DNA of 44,324 nucleotides from a phage. Under the pieces are notes generated by a model. The model was not told where the DNA came from, ran no database searches, and saw only the letters and a list, made by a program, of their open reading frames with translations. This document shows positions 25,471 to 33,501 of this stretch, one piece after another. How positions within the stretch are numbered: the first letter of the stretch is position 1; each line of letters opens with the position of its first letter. The stretch lies in NCBI GenBank assembly GCA_026204955.1, contig GCA_026204955.1_4545.1; one strand, given 5' to 3'. A program made the translations under genes and the position numbers.

Positions 25471-27735
25471 ATGAGCTTGATTAAATTCGCTGTAACAAAA
25501 CCCGCTAAAAAAGGCGAAAAAGCCAGGGCGGAAAACTTCCAGATGACGACCGATGAGTTTTTCGAATTTATCAAAGATGCGAAAGAAATCTCCTCGGTGC
25601 ATATCAACAAGACGGAAGATAAAGCCGAGTATGCGCGCCGCAAGCGTAAGGCCGATGGCATCGTGGCGTATACCAGTGACGGATTGCGCCGCAAGACCAG
25701 TGCCGTGGACCGCTCGATCCTGTTCTTCGATATTGACCGCACCGACACCCGCACCCTGCGCCGCTGCCGTAGGGCGTTCATCGACGCGGGTCTGGAACAC
25801 GTATTTCACACCACCACCGGCGACCGCCACCCGCTGAAGAGCGGCACGCGTTGCGCCCGTTTCCTGGTGCTCACTGACAAGCCTGTACCGGCTGAAGACC
25901 TGGGCCGCGTCCAGTATGCACTATTACACCAACTGGGCCTGTCAGATGTGGACTTCGATGATTGTACGAAAGACACAAACCGCCTGATGTACCTGCCACA
26001 CCAGCAGTCCGTTATTAAGTGCCATTATGGCAAGCGCGCCAATGTGCGTCGTCTACTACGTCGGGCGGACAAGCTGGGGGTGGAAAAAGAGGAAGTACGC
26101 CGCGAGCTTACCAAGGGCGACGACGCAGTGGCAGACGGCATTCTGGACTGGTGCTTCCAGGCCGGATTCGAGGAGTTATCTTCTGGTCGCGGTTATGAAG
26201 TGCCGTGCCCGAACGAACATCTGCACAGCGGCGAAGGGTCGACGGCTATCATGGTCAAGGATGGCGAGATCCGTTTCAAGTGTATGCACACCGGCAACGA
26301 GTGTTGCTCGGAGCTAAATAGACACCAGCACCTTGCGCTACGTCTCATCGGGATACCGGACCACCTGAACGTCGAGCCGCACAACATGTCACGTAAGCAA
26401 ATCTCCGCCATCCTCCCGGGGCTGGACGACGAGGAAGTCGAATCCTTATATGAACATATTGTTGATGCGGTTGGCGACGGCGAAGAATACGGCGTGTGCA
26501 CCGATGCGGATCTGGATAACGAGCCGGTTGCGCTGTTCAGTAAGCACGACCCGATTATCGAGGGGTTGGTTAACTTTAAATCAACCTGGTATATGGCGGG
26601 TGAGTCGAACATCGGTAAATCGTTCTACGTGCTGGGGCAAATGGGTGCGGTTGCCGCGGGGATTCCGTTCGGTGGCGCGAAGGTCGTCCAGTCGCACTGC
26701 TTTTATTTCGACGCGGAAGGCGGCGAAGCCTCCAACCAGCGTAAGGAAGCCCTGCAGATCAAATATGAGCACGACCTGGACAAGCTGCACATTATCGATC
26801 TGCAATCACGCGGCTGGGATATCACCAGCAAATCAGGCTTGCGCGAAGTTATCAGCTTTATCAATCGCACAGCTAACGGGGAGCCGGTTGGCCTGGTGGC
26901 ATTCGACTCACTCAACCAGACTGTTGCGTTGCGGTCCGCCGATTCTAAACCGTTCGACGAGAACAACGCCAGCGATATGGGTGAAGTGGTCAAAGCGCTG
27001 AAGGCCATTGCGGAAAATACAGGCGGCAGTGCGGGCGTCATCCACCACCCGGCAAAAGGTGCAAACGGCAGCAGATCTCCCCGTGGGTCCGGCGCGCTGC
27101 ATGGCGCTGTCGATTCTGCGTTCTTCCTGGAGCAACCGGACGACAATCAGCCGGGCCAATTGAACCTGTATCACGAAAAGGCACGTAACGGCATCAAGCA
27201 AGCGCCGCGCGGCTTCGTCCTGCTCAAGTGCAAGGTTAAGGTGGATCTCCGCAAGTCCGAAGCGTTCGAATCACACCAGTCCACCAGCACCGGGCCTGAC
27301 TTCGGCGACGTGGTTGCCGGTTGGGACGTCAAGCCAATTGCATCCACGCCACGCGACGAGACTCTTTATCTCGTACCGGTCGCCCTGGCACCGTTCGCCA
27401 TCGAACAGGCGAAGGCCGCGGGCAAGGCCGCAGTTAAGGATGAGAACGCCGCAGGACCGCGCAACGAAAAAGAGAAAGTGCTTTATGCGGCGCTGGAAAA
27501 ACTGATGGAAGATAACCCGGACCATACCGGATTCAGTAAATCGGCAATCGTCCGCCAGGCGGGATTGGCAAAAGGTGGCACATCGACGAAGGCAATCGAC
27601 GATATGATCGAGCGCGGCGTACTCGGTTTTTATACAGACCCGCACACCGGGGCCATCTACGGGTCGTCGAATATCGTCATCAAAACGAATATACCCATCA
27701 CGCTTTCGGCGACCGATGACGACTTAAAAGATTAA
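25471..27735 (+). CDS. primase/helicase (AEP primase-polymerase-like N-terminus + P-loop ATPase C-terminus)
   Basis: 754 aa; FFDIDR resembles AEP motif I (hhhDhD); Cys/His cluster CPNEHLH...CMHTGNEC; Walker A GESNIGKS and Walker B-like LVAFDSLNQ. Confidence 0.6.
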   Translation: MSLIKFAVTKPAKKGEKARAENFQMTTDEFFEFIKDAKEISSVHINKTEDKAEYARRKRKADGIVAYTSDGLRRKTSAVDRSILFFDIDRTDTRTLRRCRRAFIDAGLEHVFHTTTGDRHPLKSGTRCARFLVLTDKPVPAEDLGRVQYALLHQLGLSDVDFDDCTKDTNRLMYLPHQQSVIKCHYGKRANVRRLLRRADKLGVEKEEVRRELTKGDDAVADGILDWCFQAGFEELSSGRGYEVPCPNEHLHSGEGSTAIMVKDGEIRFKCMHTGNECCSELNRHQHLALRLIGIPDHLNVEPHNMSRKQISAILPGLDDEEVESLYEHIVDAVGDGEEYGVCTDADLDNEPVALFSKHDPIIEGLVNFKSTWYMAGESNIGKSFYVLGQMGAVAAGIPFGGAKVVQSHCFYFDAEGGEASNQRKEALQIKYEHDLDKLHIIDLQSRGWDITSKSGLREVISFINRTANGEPVGLVAFDSLNQTVALRSADSKPFDENNASDMGEVVKALKAIAENTGGSAGVIHHPAKGANGSRSPRGSGALHGAVDSAFFLEQPDDNQPGQLNLYHEKARNGIKQAPRGFVLLKCKVKVDLRKSEAFESHQSTSTGPDFGDVVAGWDVKPIASTPRDETLYLVPVALAPFAIEQAKAAGKAAVKDENAAGPRNEKEKVLYAALEKLMEDNPDHTGFSKSAIVRQAGLAKGGTSTKAIDDMIERGVLGFYTDPHTGAIYGSSNIVIKTNIPITLSATDDDLKD

Positions 27736-27841
27736 ATTCTGCGCGTATTGGTTGCCATTTTGGGTGTTTTTAACTGGTCGCATTGGTTGCCGTGTAGTGT
27801 AAATATAGTGAATAGTTATGCAGTTTTATTGCATAAAGTAA

Positions 27842-27944
27842 GCGGGACAAAAAGCGGGACAAACAAGGGGCGGGACAAAGCGGGATAGCACCCCAGTCCC
27901 GCCCCGGATGACGCGGCCTGGAGAGGAGCGGGACAAGCGGGACA
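27842..27944. repeat. iteron array A: GCGGGACA repeats (ori-like region downstream of primase/helicase)
   Basis: GCGGGACA at 27842, 27854, 27870, 27928, 27937; variant GCGGGATA at 27880; inverted GTCCCGCC at 27896-27903. Confidence 0.6.
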
Positions 27945-28158
27945 AACCCCAGTCTTTCAGACTAGACGGGGGTCAACGGCCCCCCTCGTCTGAGACTGCA
28001 TAAAATCCGGGGATTGCAAAATACACGGCAGCATGATGCGTATTGCGGTCGTTGATGAACTAGGCAACCAATGCGGGTTGCATTATGCTGAGTGAAAAAT
28101 GCAGTTTGCAGTCACAGCAGATAGCGATCAACTTTTTCATGCGCGTGATTAATATTGG

Positions 28159-28187
28159 TTGCATTCACCCCGGCACCCTGCTATATT
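28159..28187 (+). promoter_or_regulatory. promoter for 28216 operon
   Basis: -35 TTGCAT (28159-28164) within ATTGGTTGCAT, 17-nt spacer, -10 TATATT (28182-28187); a second ATTGGTTGCA overlaps the -10 and start region. Confidence 0.45.
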
Positions 28188-28215
28188 GGTTGCACACCAA
28201 CATGAGGACTGAACA

Positions 28216-28542
28216 ATGAAAGCGATTATCTGGAATTACGCAATGGCGATGGCGAAGGCACAAGAAGCGGCGGAGTTCGCCGGTGAAGGAGCGGAAGCGG
28301 TCGAAAGACTATCGGCAGCGTGGTCCGTTGTTCGCGTCACGCAGCAGGCCATAGCCTGTATGCTTGAGCGCCGATTCGACACTATGGAAGAGATCCAGCC
28401 GTTGGCGAACGCAATCCAGGACTACGCGATGGCATTTGCCCGTGAGCGCCTGGCGTATCGCTTCGGTATCGGTGAGACGGCAGTGACAAACGTTGCCCGG
28501 ATTAAAGCCCAGCGCGAACTATTCGCCCAGCTTGCGAAATAA
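28216..28542 (+). CDS. hypothetical protein
   Basis: 108-aa ORF; GAGGA RBS; first gene after the iteron region and TTGCAT-17-TATATT promoter. Confidence 0.4.
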   Translation: MKAIIWNYAMAMAKAQEAAEFAGEGAEAVERLSAAWSVVRVTQQAIACMLERRFDTMEEIQPLANAIQDYAMAFARERLAYRFGIGETAVTNVARIKAQRELFAQLAK

Positions 28543-28551
28543 GAGGCCAAA

Positions 28552-28821
28552 ATGAACCGTAGACGCGCAAAACAGCTTTCGTGGCATATTCCCCTGCATT
28601 GCATACGAATATGGGCTGAGAATGCGAATGCGGGGGACTCTGTGTACTGGTGCTATCGCAACGACGTTAAGCCGTTGACGCAGACTCGCTACTTGCACCA
28701 GTTCGCAGCGCAACACGATTTCAGGGTGCGGACTTCCTTGCAACCAATGGGGACCCGTATTACATTACGCCGGAAGCCCGCCGTTGAGCGGGTAGGCAAA
28801 CACTGGAGACTGGCAAAATGA
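28552..28821 (+). CDS. hypothetical protein
   Basis: 89-aa ORF, basic, 9 nt after upstream stop. Confidence 0.35.
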   Translation: MNRRRAKQLSWHIPLHCIRIWAENANAGDSVYWCYRNDVKPLTQTRYLHQFAAQHDFRVRTSLQPMGTRITLRRKPAVERVGKHWRLAK

Positions 28822-28982
28822 ACAAGCAACCTGAACGCTGGCGGAGTAAGGCCACGCGACTGACTTACTTCGTGACAGAAGAAGCAAACGGCAACGTGAC
28901 TATTACACACCATAAGTGTGGTACTCGCCGCATTATCTCGCGCCTCACATTAGTTCGTAACTACAGGAGATTGACAAAATGA
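28818..28982 (+). CDS. small hypothetical protein (54 aa)
   Basis: Not in ORF track; ATG 28818 overlaps upstream stop (ATGA) and its stop overlaps the next ATG (ATGA). Confidence 0.3.
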   Translation: MNKQPERWRSKATRLTYFVTEEANGNVTITHHKCGTRRIISRLTLVRNYRRLTK

Positions 28983-29518
28983 AAATGATATTCCGCAATA
29001 AGCATAATGGGCGATTCCTTACCCCGATTGAAGTGCTGCCGAAATATGTGCGCATGTACCATGAAGCCAGCGACCGCGTATTCTGGTACAAGAAAGCCAC
29101 CCTGCATGAGCATTTGCAGGTAGTGCACCACGACGTACGAGTAGGTGATGTGCTGCGTGATGCGCGTGACGGGTCGCTGTTAGAGGTGCTCCGCGTGAGC
29201 ACGGACGGCGTTATGCTGCGCAGTGGTAAAACACAACGCGGCGTTCTGCTCACGGGCCTGGTGAATTACGCCCGCGTAGGCCGTAACTATAAACTTAAGC
29301 GCCCTGGTGTAGTGGCGAAAGAGATCACCCGTACGGAACACCCATATACCAAATACGACGAGCGCAAGGTGCGCGAGCATATCGACAACGCCAGGGCGCA
29401 AGCTGCCGCTATGATTCAGGCCGGTGATGACGCAAAGCGCTTTGGCATTGGCGTGCTTCTGGTCTACCCTGACGGCAGCATGAAGTCTACCGATCCGCGC
29501 GGGGTCGTTCTGAGATGA
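28979..29518 (+). CDS. hypothetical protein
   Basis: 179-aa ORF, translationally coupled on both sides. Confidence 0.4.
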   Translation: MKMIFRNKHNGRFLTPIEVLPKYVRMYHEASDRVFWYKKATLHEHLQVVHHDVRVGDVLRDARDGSLLEVLRVSTDGVMLRSGKTQRGVLLTGLVNYARVGRNYKLKRPGVVAKEITRTEHPYTKYDERKVREHIDNARAQAAAMIQAGDDAKRFGIGVLLVYPDGSMKSTDPRGVVLR

Positions 29519-29685
29519 ATAAATTCGATTTAGTGCGGGATAGATTAACCCGCGATTTGTACCTGGTTGTCGCCGAGACCCATTACCAGGTTAAACTGCG
29601 TAATACGGCGACTAAGCAAGCGCACTGGGCACCTCGCCATAACCCACATCTGGAGGTCGTATCTCGTGTCGGCTGCGATTCGTGA
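29515..29685 (+). CDS. small hypothetical protein (56 aa)
   Basis: Not in ORF track; ATG 29515 overlaps upstream stop (ATGA). Overlaps an alternative frame (29666-29806, GTG start with GGAGG RBS); which frame is used near 29666-29685 is unresolved. Confidence 0.25.
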   Translation: MNKFDLVRDRLTRDLYLVVAETHYQVKLRNTATKQAHWAPRHNPHLEVVSRVGCDS

Positions 29686-29806
29686 TGTGCTAATGCATAA
29701 CCGCTTTGAGATTGGCGGTCGTGTATTCCGTAACTACTTCGTTGCGCGTGCCTGGGCGCGCCATATTGGCAAACCAGAGGGGGAAATACGATGCTACACG
29801 ATTTGA
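29666..29806 (+). CDS. small hypothetical protein (46 aa)
   Basis: C-terminal part of track ORF 29567-29806; GTG 29666 preceded by GGAGG at 9 nt; fills otherwise non-coding gap before 29791. Confidence 0.25.
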   Translation: MSAAIRDVLMHNRFEIGGRVFRNYFVARAWARHIGKPEGEIRCYTI

Positions 29807-30078
29807 TATATTGGTTTGGGTTGGGGTGCGCGACACTCTTTGCTACGGTGCCGGCGCTGTTGGTATGGGTATTCCTGATTTGGCCCGCGGTGGAAGCCGC
29901 CAGCATTACCCGCATGACGTTCCTGATATACAAGCGCCGTGGCATCACGGAGCACCCGACCAGGTTGCGCATGTGGTGGCTATGGTATCGCGATATGATC
30001 GGCGGGCGAATGTTCGAGGCCGTCCGATCGGACGGGTGGGAGTGGAAAGGCGTCGGCAAGTGGTCCATTTTCGATTAA
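29791..30078 (+). CDS. small membrane protein
   Basis: 95 aa; two hydrophobic helices (GLGCATLFATVPALLVWVFLIWPAV); precedes terminator and holin gene. Confidence 0.35.
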   Translation: MLHDLIYWFGLGCATLFATVPALLVWVFLIWPAVEAASITRMTFLIYKRRGITEHPTRLRMWWLWYRDMIGGRMFEAVRSDGWEWKGVGKWSIFD

Positions 30079-30095
30079 TTATGCAAGCGTGATAT

Positions 30096-30130
30096 AGTCC
30101 CAGTGAGCTAAAACTTACTGGGACTTTTTT
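30096..30130 (+). terminator. rho-independent terminator upstream of holin gene
   Basis: AGTCCCAGT-(12-nt loop)-ACTGGGACT followed by T6. Confidence 0.6.
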
Positions 30131-30421
30131 ATGGATAAGCTAAACGAGTGGTTATTTGCCCTCGCATGTCTGGCTGGCGGCTTCGTAGGCGCACGCATTC
30201 ATGGCGAGGCTACGAAAGGGCCGCTAAACTTCGTTTTATATATCGTAGTTGGCTTCCTGTGTGCCATATTTGGTGCGCCAGCTATTGCCGAGTGGGCTGG
30301 CTTATCGGGCGAGCGCACTGTCGCCGGTTTGGGCTTCGTAACTGCAATCTTCTGGATGCCAATAGCCGCCCGGATCAGGGAGACTATTGAGTCGTTCCGA
30401 CTTCCGGGGGGCGCAAAATGA
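30131..30421 (+). CDS. holin-like membrane protein
   Basis: 96 aa, three predicted transmembrane segments, charged C-terminus; immediately upstream of endolysin. Confidence 0.45.
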   Translation: MDKLNEWLFALACLAGGFVGARIHGEATKGPLNFVLYIVVGFLCAIFGAPAIAEWAGLSGERTVAGLGFVTAIFWMPIAARIRETIESFRLPGGAK

Positions 30422-30663
30422 TTATCTCCGTCCTGTTGTTTGTTATCATAGGGGCTTCGTCCCTGTTTAACGTGTATGCGCCGTCCGTCCAGGATGGCAT
30501 TTTAGGCCGGGTGTTATATCTGCTAACGGCGATGATCTGCGTTGTCGGATTGTTGCAAACAGGAGACGTATCAGACACCACCTGGACCGCGTTAATCTGG
30601 TTGTTTGCATTGCGCACGCTGCGTAATGCTGTTTTGAATGGGGTAAAACATGCGATTCAGTGA
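30418..30663 (+). CDS. second small membrane protein (holin/antiholin candidate)
   Basis: 81 aa with 2-3 hydrophobic helices; ATGA overlap with upstream gene; overlaps endolysin start. Confidence 0.4.
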   Translation: MIISVLLFVIIGASSLFNVYAPSVQDGILGRVLYLLTAMICVVGLLQTGDVSDTTWTALIWLFALRTLRNAVLNGVKHAIQ

Positions 30664-31141
30664 CAACGGTCTACGATTTACGGCAGCATGGGAGACTTTC
30701 AGCCCAGTGCCGTATTTCGCGACTAAGAAAGAGCAGGCCCGCGGCCTGTACACCTGGGGTTATGGACATACCGGCACTAACCCGCCTCGAAGCATTACCC
30801 GCGCGGAAGCGCTGGAGCTACTTAAGCGCGATGTGGCGTATGCTGAGGACTGGGTGAACAAGTACGCACATCCGAGCATCAACCAGGCGCAATTCGACGC
30901 GCTGGTGGACCTGGTTATCAATGCCGGTCAGGGTCCGATCGTACCAGACCATATTGCCAATGACTTCGATGATGCGGTGCGATTGGGCGACTGGGCGAAG
31001 GTCCGGGCTACGCTGCCGCAGTTCCGCAAGCAAGGCGGGGAAGTGCTGAAGGGGTTAGTCCGTCGAGCAATCGGCAGGCAGGCGCTATTCGATGGTAAGC
31101 AGTGGGACGTTGCCGAGAAAATCGGTCGTAACGCAGCATAA
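30650..31141 (+). CDS. endolysin, lysozyme (GH24-like)
   Basis: 163 aa; FSDNGL...WETFSPVPY...GYGHTG, INQAQFDALVDLVINAG and LVRRAIGRQALF parallel the P22/T4-type lysozyme pattern. Confidence 0.7.
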   Translation: MRFSDNGLRFTAAWETFSPVPYFATKKEQARGLYTWGYGHTGTNPPRSITRAEALELLKRDVAYAEDWVNKYAHPSINQAQFDALVDLVINAGQGPIVPDHIANDFDDAVRLGDWAKVRATLPQFRKQGGEVLKGLVRRAIGRQALFDGKQWDVAEKIGRNAA

Positions 31142-31150
31142 GGGGATGAT

Positions 31151-31558
31151 ATGTTAAAAAGTATTCTTGATCATAATGCGGACGCGCTCGACGCGTTGGC
31201 TAAAACGGACGACGCGGAAGCGCGTCGTATCATTGCGGACACCATCAGCCATGCGGGGGTGTTTGGCGCAAGCCTTCCGGGTCCGAAACCCGAGGTAAAA
31301 GTGACAAGCGCCACGGTAACTGTAGCTCCCGAGGCAGTTACAATCGGCACCCCGGCGAAGGCTACTGCGGCGGTACAACCGGCAGGGGCGACCAATAAAT
31401 CCGGCGTGTGGGTCAGCGGGTCGCCGACCATTGCCACCGTGGATGCTTCCGGCAATATCACGGGTAAAGCACCTGGATCTGTCGATATTATTTGGGTGGC
31501 TAAGGATGGAAGCGGGGTGTCGGGCCGCAAAACGGTAACTGTGGCAAACGCAGAGTAA
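31151..31558 (+). CDS. Ig-like (Big_2-type) domain protein
   Basis: 135 aa; C-terminal about 80 aa Thr/Val/Ala-rich beta-strand pattern typical of bacterial Ig-like group 2 domains; followed by terminator. Confidence 0.4.
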   Translation: MLKSILDHNADALDALAKTDDAEARRIIADTISHAGVFGASLPGPKPEVKVTSATVTVAPEAVTIGTPAKATAAVQPAGATNKSGVWVSGSPTIATVDASGNITGKAPGSVDIIWVAKDGSGVSGRKTVTVANAE

Positions 31559-31564
31559 TGAGCA

Positions 31565-31589
31565 AGCCCGCCGTATTGGCGGGCTTTTT
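31565..31589 (+). terminator. rho-independent terminator after lysis module
   Basis: AGCCCGCC-gtattg-GCGGGCT followed by TTTTT. Confidence 0.6.
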
Positions 31590-31676
31590 ATTGTTCGACC
31601 TGCGACCAATTAATAGCCCATACTGCGGTCGCCGTGGTATATTGACCGCGGACAATCTGAATCAGGAAGATATGCA

Positions 31677-32819
31677 ATGCACCCGCAAACCAAAATCACC
31701 GACGAGCAATTGATCGCCGAGTTGCAATCCGGCACTACCGCGAAAGAGATTGCGAAGAAGTACGGCCTTTCCCTACGAAACGTCTACATGCGCAAAGCCC
31801 GCCTGTCGAAGAAAGGTATTGGTCACGGTAACGATGCCGTAATCCGTAAGCGCGTTGCCGATGGCTTCGGCGTTAAACGCGTATCCGCCCTGGTGCGCGG
31901 AAATGGCGAAGAGGTCATGTCGTGGGTTATCACTGAGCAGGACAAAGAGCGCCAGCTTGAAGCAATGCGCGCCGTTGTCGAGGGTATGAACAGCGAAATC
32001 ACACCGGCAGCACCAGTAAGCGCCCCACCAGTCCCGATCCAGGCACTTGACCTACTCAACCTGTACACAGTGTCAGACTTCCACCTGGGCATGTTGGCAT
32101 GGGGCGAGGAGACTGGCGAGGATTGGGATATGGCAATCGCCGAAGACCTGTTTTACCGCTGGTTTGTCGAAGCCTTCGCACGCGCACCGGACGCAGGCAC
32201 TGCCGTAATTAATATCCTCGGTGATATGGCGCACTTTGATAGCCTTGATGCCGTCACCCCAGCCAGCGGACACATACTGGACGCGGATACCCGCTACCAG
32301 AAACTGGTCCGCTACATGATTCGCATGGTGCGCAACGTGGTGGAACTGGCGCTGCAAAAACACCACAAAGTCAAACTGCTAATCGTCCAGGGTAATCATG
32401 ACGAGTCTGGCATGATTTGGCTGGCTGAAATGTTCAATACCCTGTATGAGAACGAGCCGCGCGTCGATGTGGACACGTCACCGGACGTATACAAGATGGT
32501 GCAGCACGGCAAGACCACGCTGTTTTTCCACCACGGGCACAAAGCACGCTTTGACGCAATCGAGACGGTTATGATTGCTAAGTTCAGGAAAGCATTTGGC
32601 GAAAGCGAGTACAGCTACGCGCATGTAGGCCACTTGCACCACCAGAAGATTGTTGAATCCCACAACATGATTGTTGAACAACACCGGACACTAGCAGCGA
32701 AAGACGCATATGCAAGCCGCGGCGGTTGGATGAGCGGTCGCAGCGCAAACGTCATCACCTATAGCGCCAACTACGGCGAAGTAGCGCGCTTAACCATTAG
32801 CCCGGAAATGTTGAAGTAA
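31677..32819 (+). CDS. HTH domain fused to calcineurin-like metallophosphoesterase (Mre11/SbcD-like or phosphatase)
   Basis: 380 aa; N-terminal HTH (TTAKEIAKKYGLSLRNVYMRKARL); phosphoesterase motifs SDFHLG (D-x-H), GDMAH (GD), QGNHDE (GNHD/E), HHGHK (GH-x-H). Confidence 0.55.
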   Translation: MHPQTKITDEQLIAELQSGTTAKEIAKKYGLSLRNVYMRKARLSKKGIGHGNDAVIRKRVADGFGVKRVSALVRGNGEEVMSWVITEQDKERQLEAMRAVVEGMNSEITPAAPVSAPPVPIQALDLLNLYTVSDFHLGMLAWGEETGEDWDMAIAEDLFYRWFVEAFARAPDAGTAVINILGDMAHFDSLDAVTPASGHILDADTRYQKLVRYMIRMVRNVVELALQKHHKVKLLIVQGNHDESGMIWLAEMFNTLYENEPRVDVDTSPDVYKMVQHGKTTLFFHHGHKARFDAIETVMIAKFRKAFGESEYSYAHVGHLHHQKIVESHNMIVEQHRTLAAKDAYASRGGWMSGRSANVITYSANYGEVARLTISPEMLK

Positions 32820-32850
32820 CGGCAGCCAGTAAGCCACCCAGCCTGCCGAT

Positions 32851-32879
32851 TTGGTGGGCTTTTTTGTGCCTGTTATAAT
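32851..32879 (+). promoter_or_regulatory. extended -10 promoter upstream of terminase genes
   Basis: TGtTATAAT (32871-32879) with -35-like TTGGTG (32851-32856) at 17-nt spacing; overlaps hairpin/T-tract after the upstream gene. Confidence 0.4.
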
Positions 32880-32949
32880 CCACCTTAGATGGCAGGGCCG
32901 TCTCCTATGTTGCCGATGGTCGGCGCATATGAACAAAAGGGCTTATATC

Positions 32950-33501
32950 ATGGCAGAAATCAAAGTTAAGGGCCGACGCGCCAAACTGGACGGACGAGTA
33001 GCAGTAACCCCGCGCCGTAAACCAGGCGAGCAAACCGAGCATACCAATCTCGGACCTGAAATAGAGTACGGAAAGCGCCGTAAAGGCGGCAAATGTGGAC
33101 GCCCTACTGACTACCGATCCGTTTACTGCGACCAGCTTCGCCGCTATTTTGCCGACGCCGACGCATGGCAGGTCAACTACTCCGATAAAGGCGCTGCGCA
33201 AGTCATCCCCCGCCACAAGATGCCGACTCTCGGTCGCTTTGCTGCGGATATTGGGGTTGGCATCGCTTGCCTGTACCGCTGGGCGCGCGCACATGAGGAG
33301 TTCGCCGAGGCGATGGCTGACGCTATGGAGCTACAGAAAACTTTCCTGATGGAAGCTGGCGGCGTTACCATAGCGGCGGGATTCGCTACGTTCCTGCTTA
33401 AAGCCAACCACGGCGTCCGCGACGATATTCCGCTGGATGATGACGAAGATGATAACGGCGACGTCGTTGTGGAGCCTACCGGCAAAGGCCAGGGTGATTA
33501 A
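32950..33501 (+). CDS. terminase small subunit (putative)
   Basis: Preferred ATG 32950 within track ORF 32851-33501; 183 aa, basic N-terminus, HTH-like LGRFAADIGVGIACLYRWA, acidic C-terminus; immediately upstream of terminase large subunit. Confidence 0.5.
   Translation: MAEIKVKGRRAKLDGRVAVTPRRKPGEQTEHTNLGPEIEYGKRRKGGKCGRPTDYRSVYCDQLRRYFADADAWQVNYSDKGAAQVIPRHKMPTLGRFAADIGVGIACLYRWARAHEEFAEAMADAMELQKTFLMEAGGVTIAAGFATFLLKANHGVRDDIPLDDDEDDNGDVVVEPTGKGQGD

Noticed and set aside
27842-27944. GCGGGACA repeat arrays (here and at 44047-44312) considered as a CRISPR array
   Set aside because: Repeat unit is only 8 bp with irregular spacing and mixed orientation; no 24-48-bp repeats with unique spacers and no cas genes.
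32833-32866. Strong rho-independent terminator after the HTH-phosphoesterase gene
   Set aside because: Only a 5-bp stem (CCACC/GGTGG) with a 14-nt loop before the T-run; too weak to call confidently, and it overlaps the promoter-like element.
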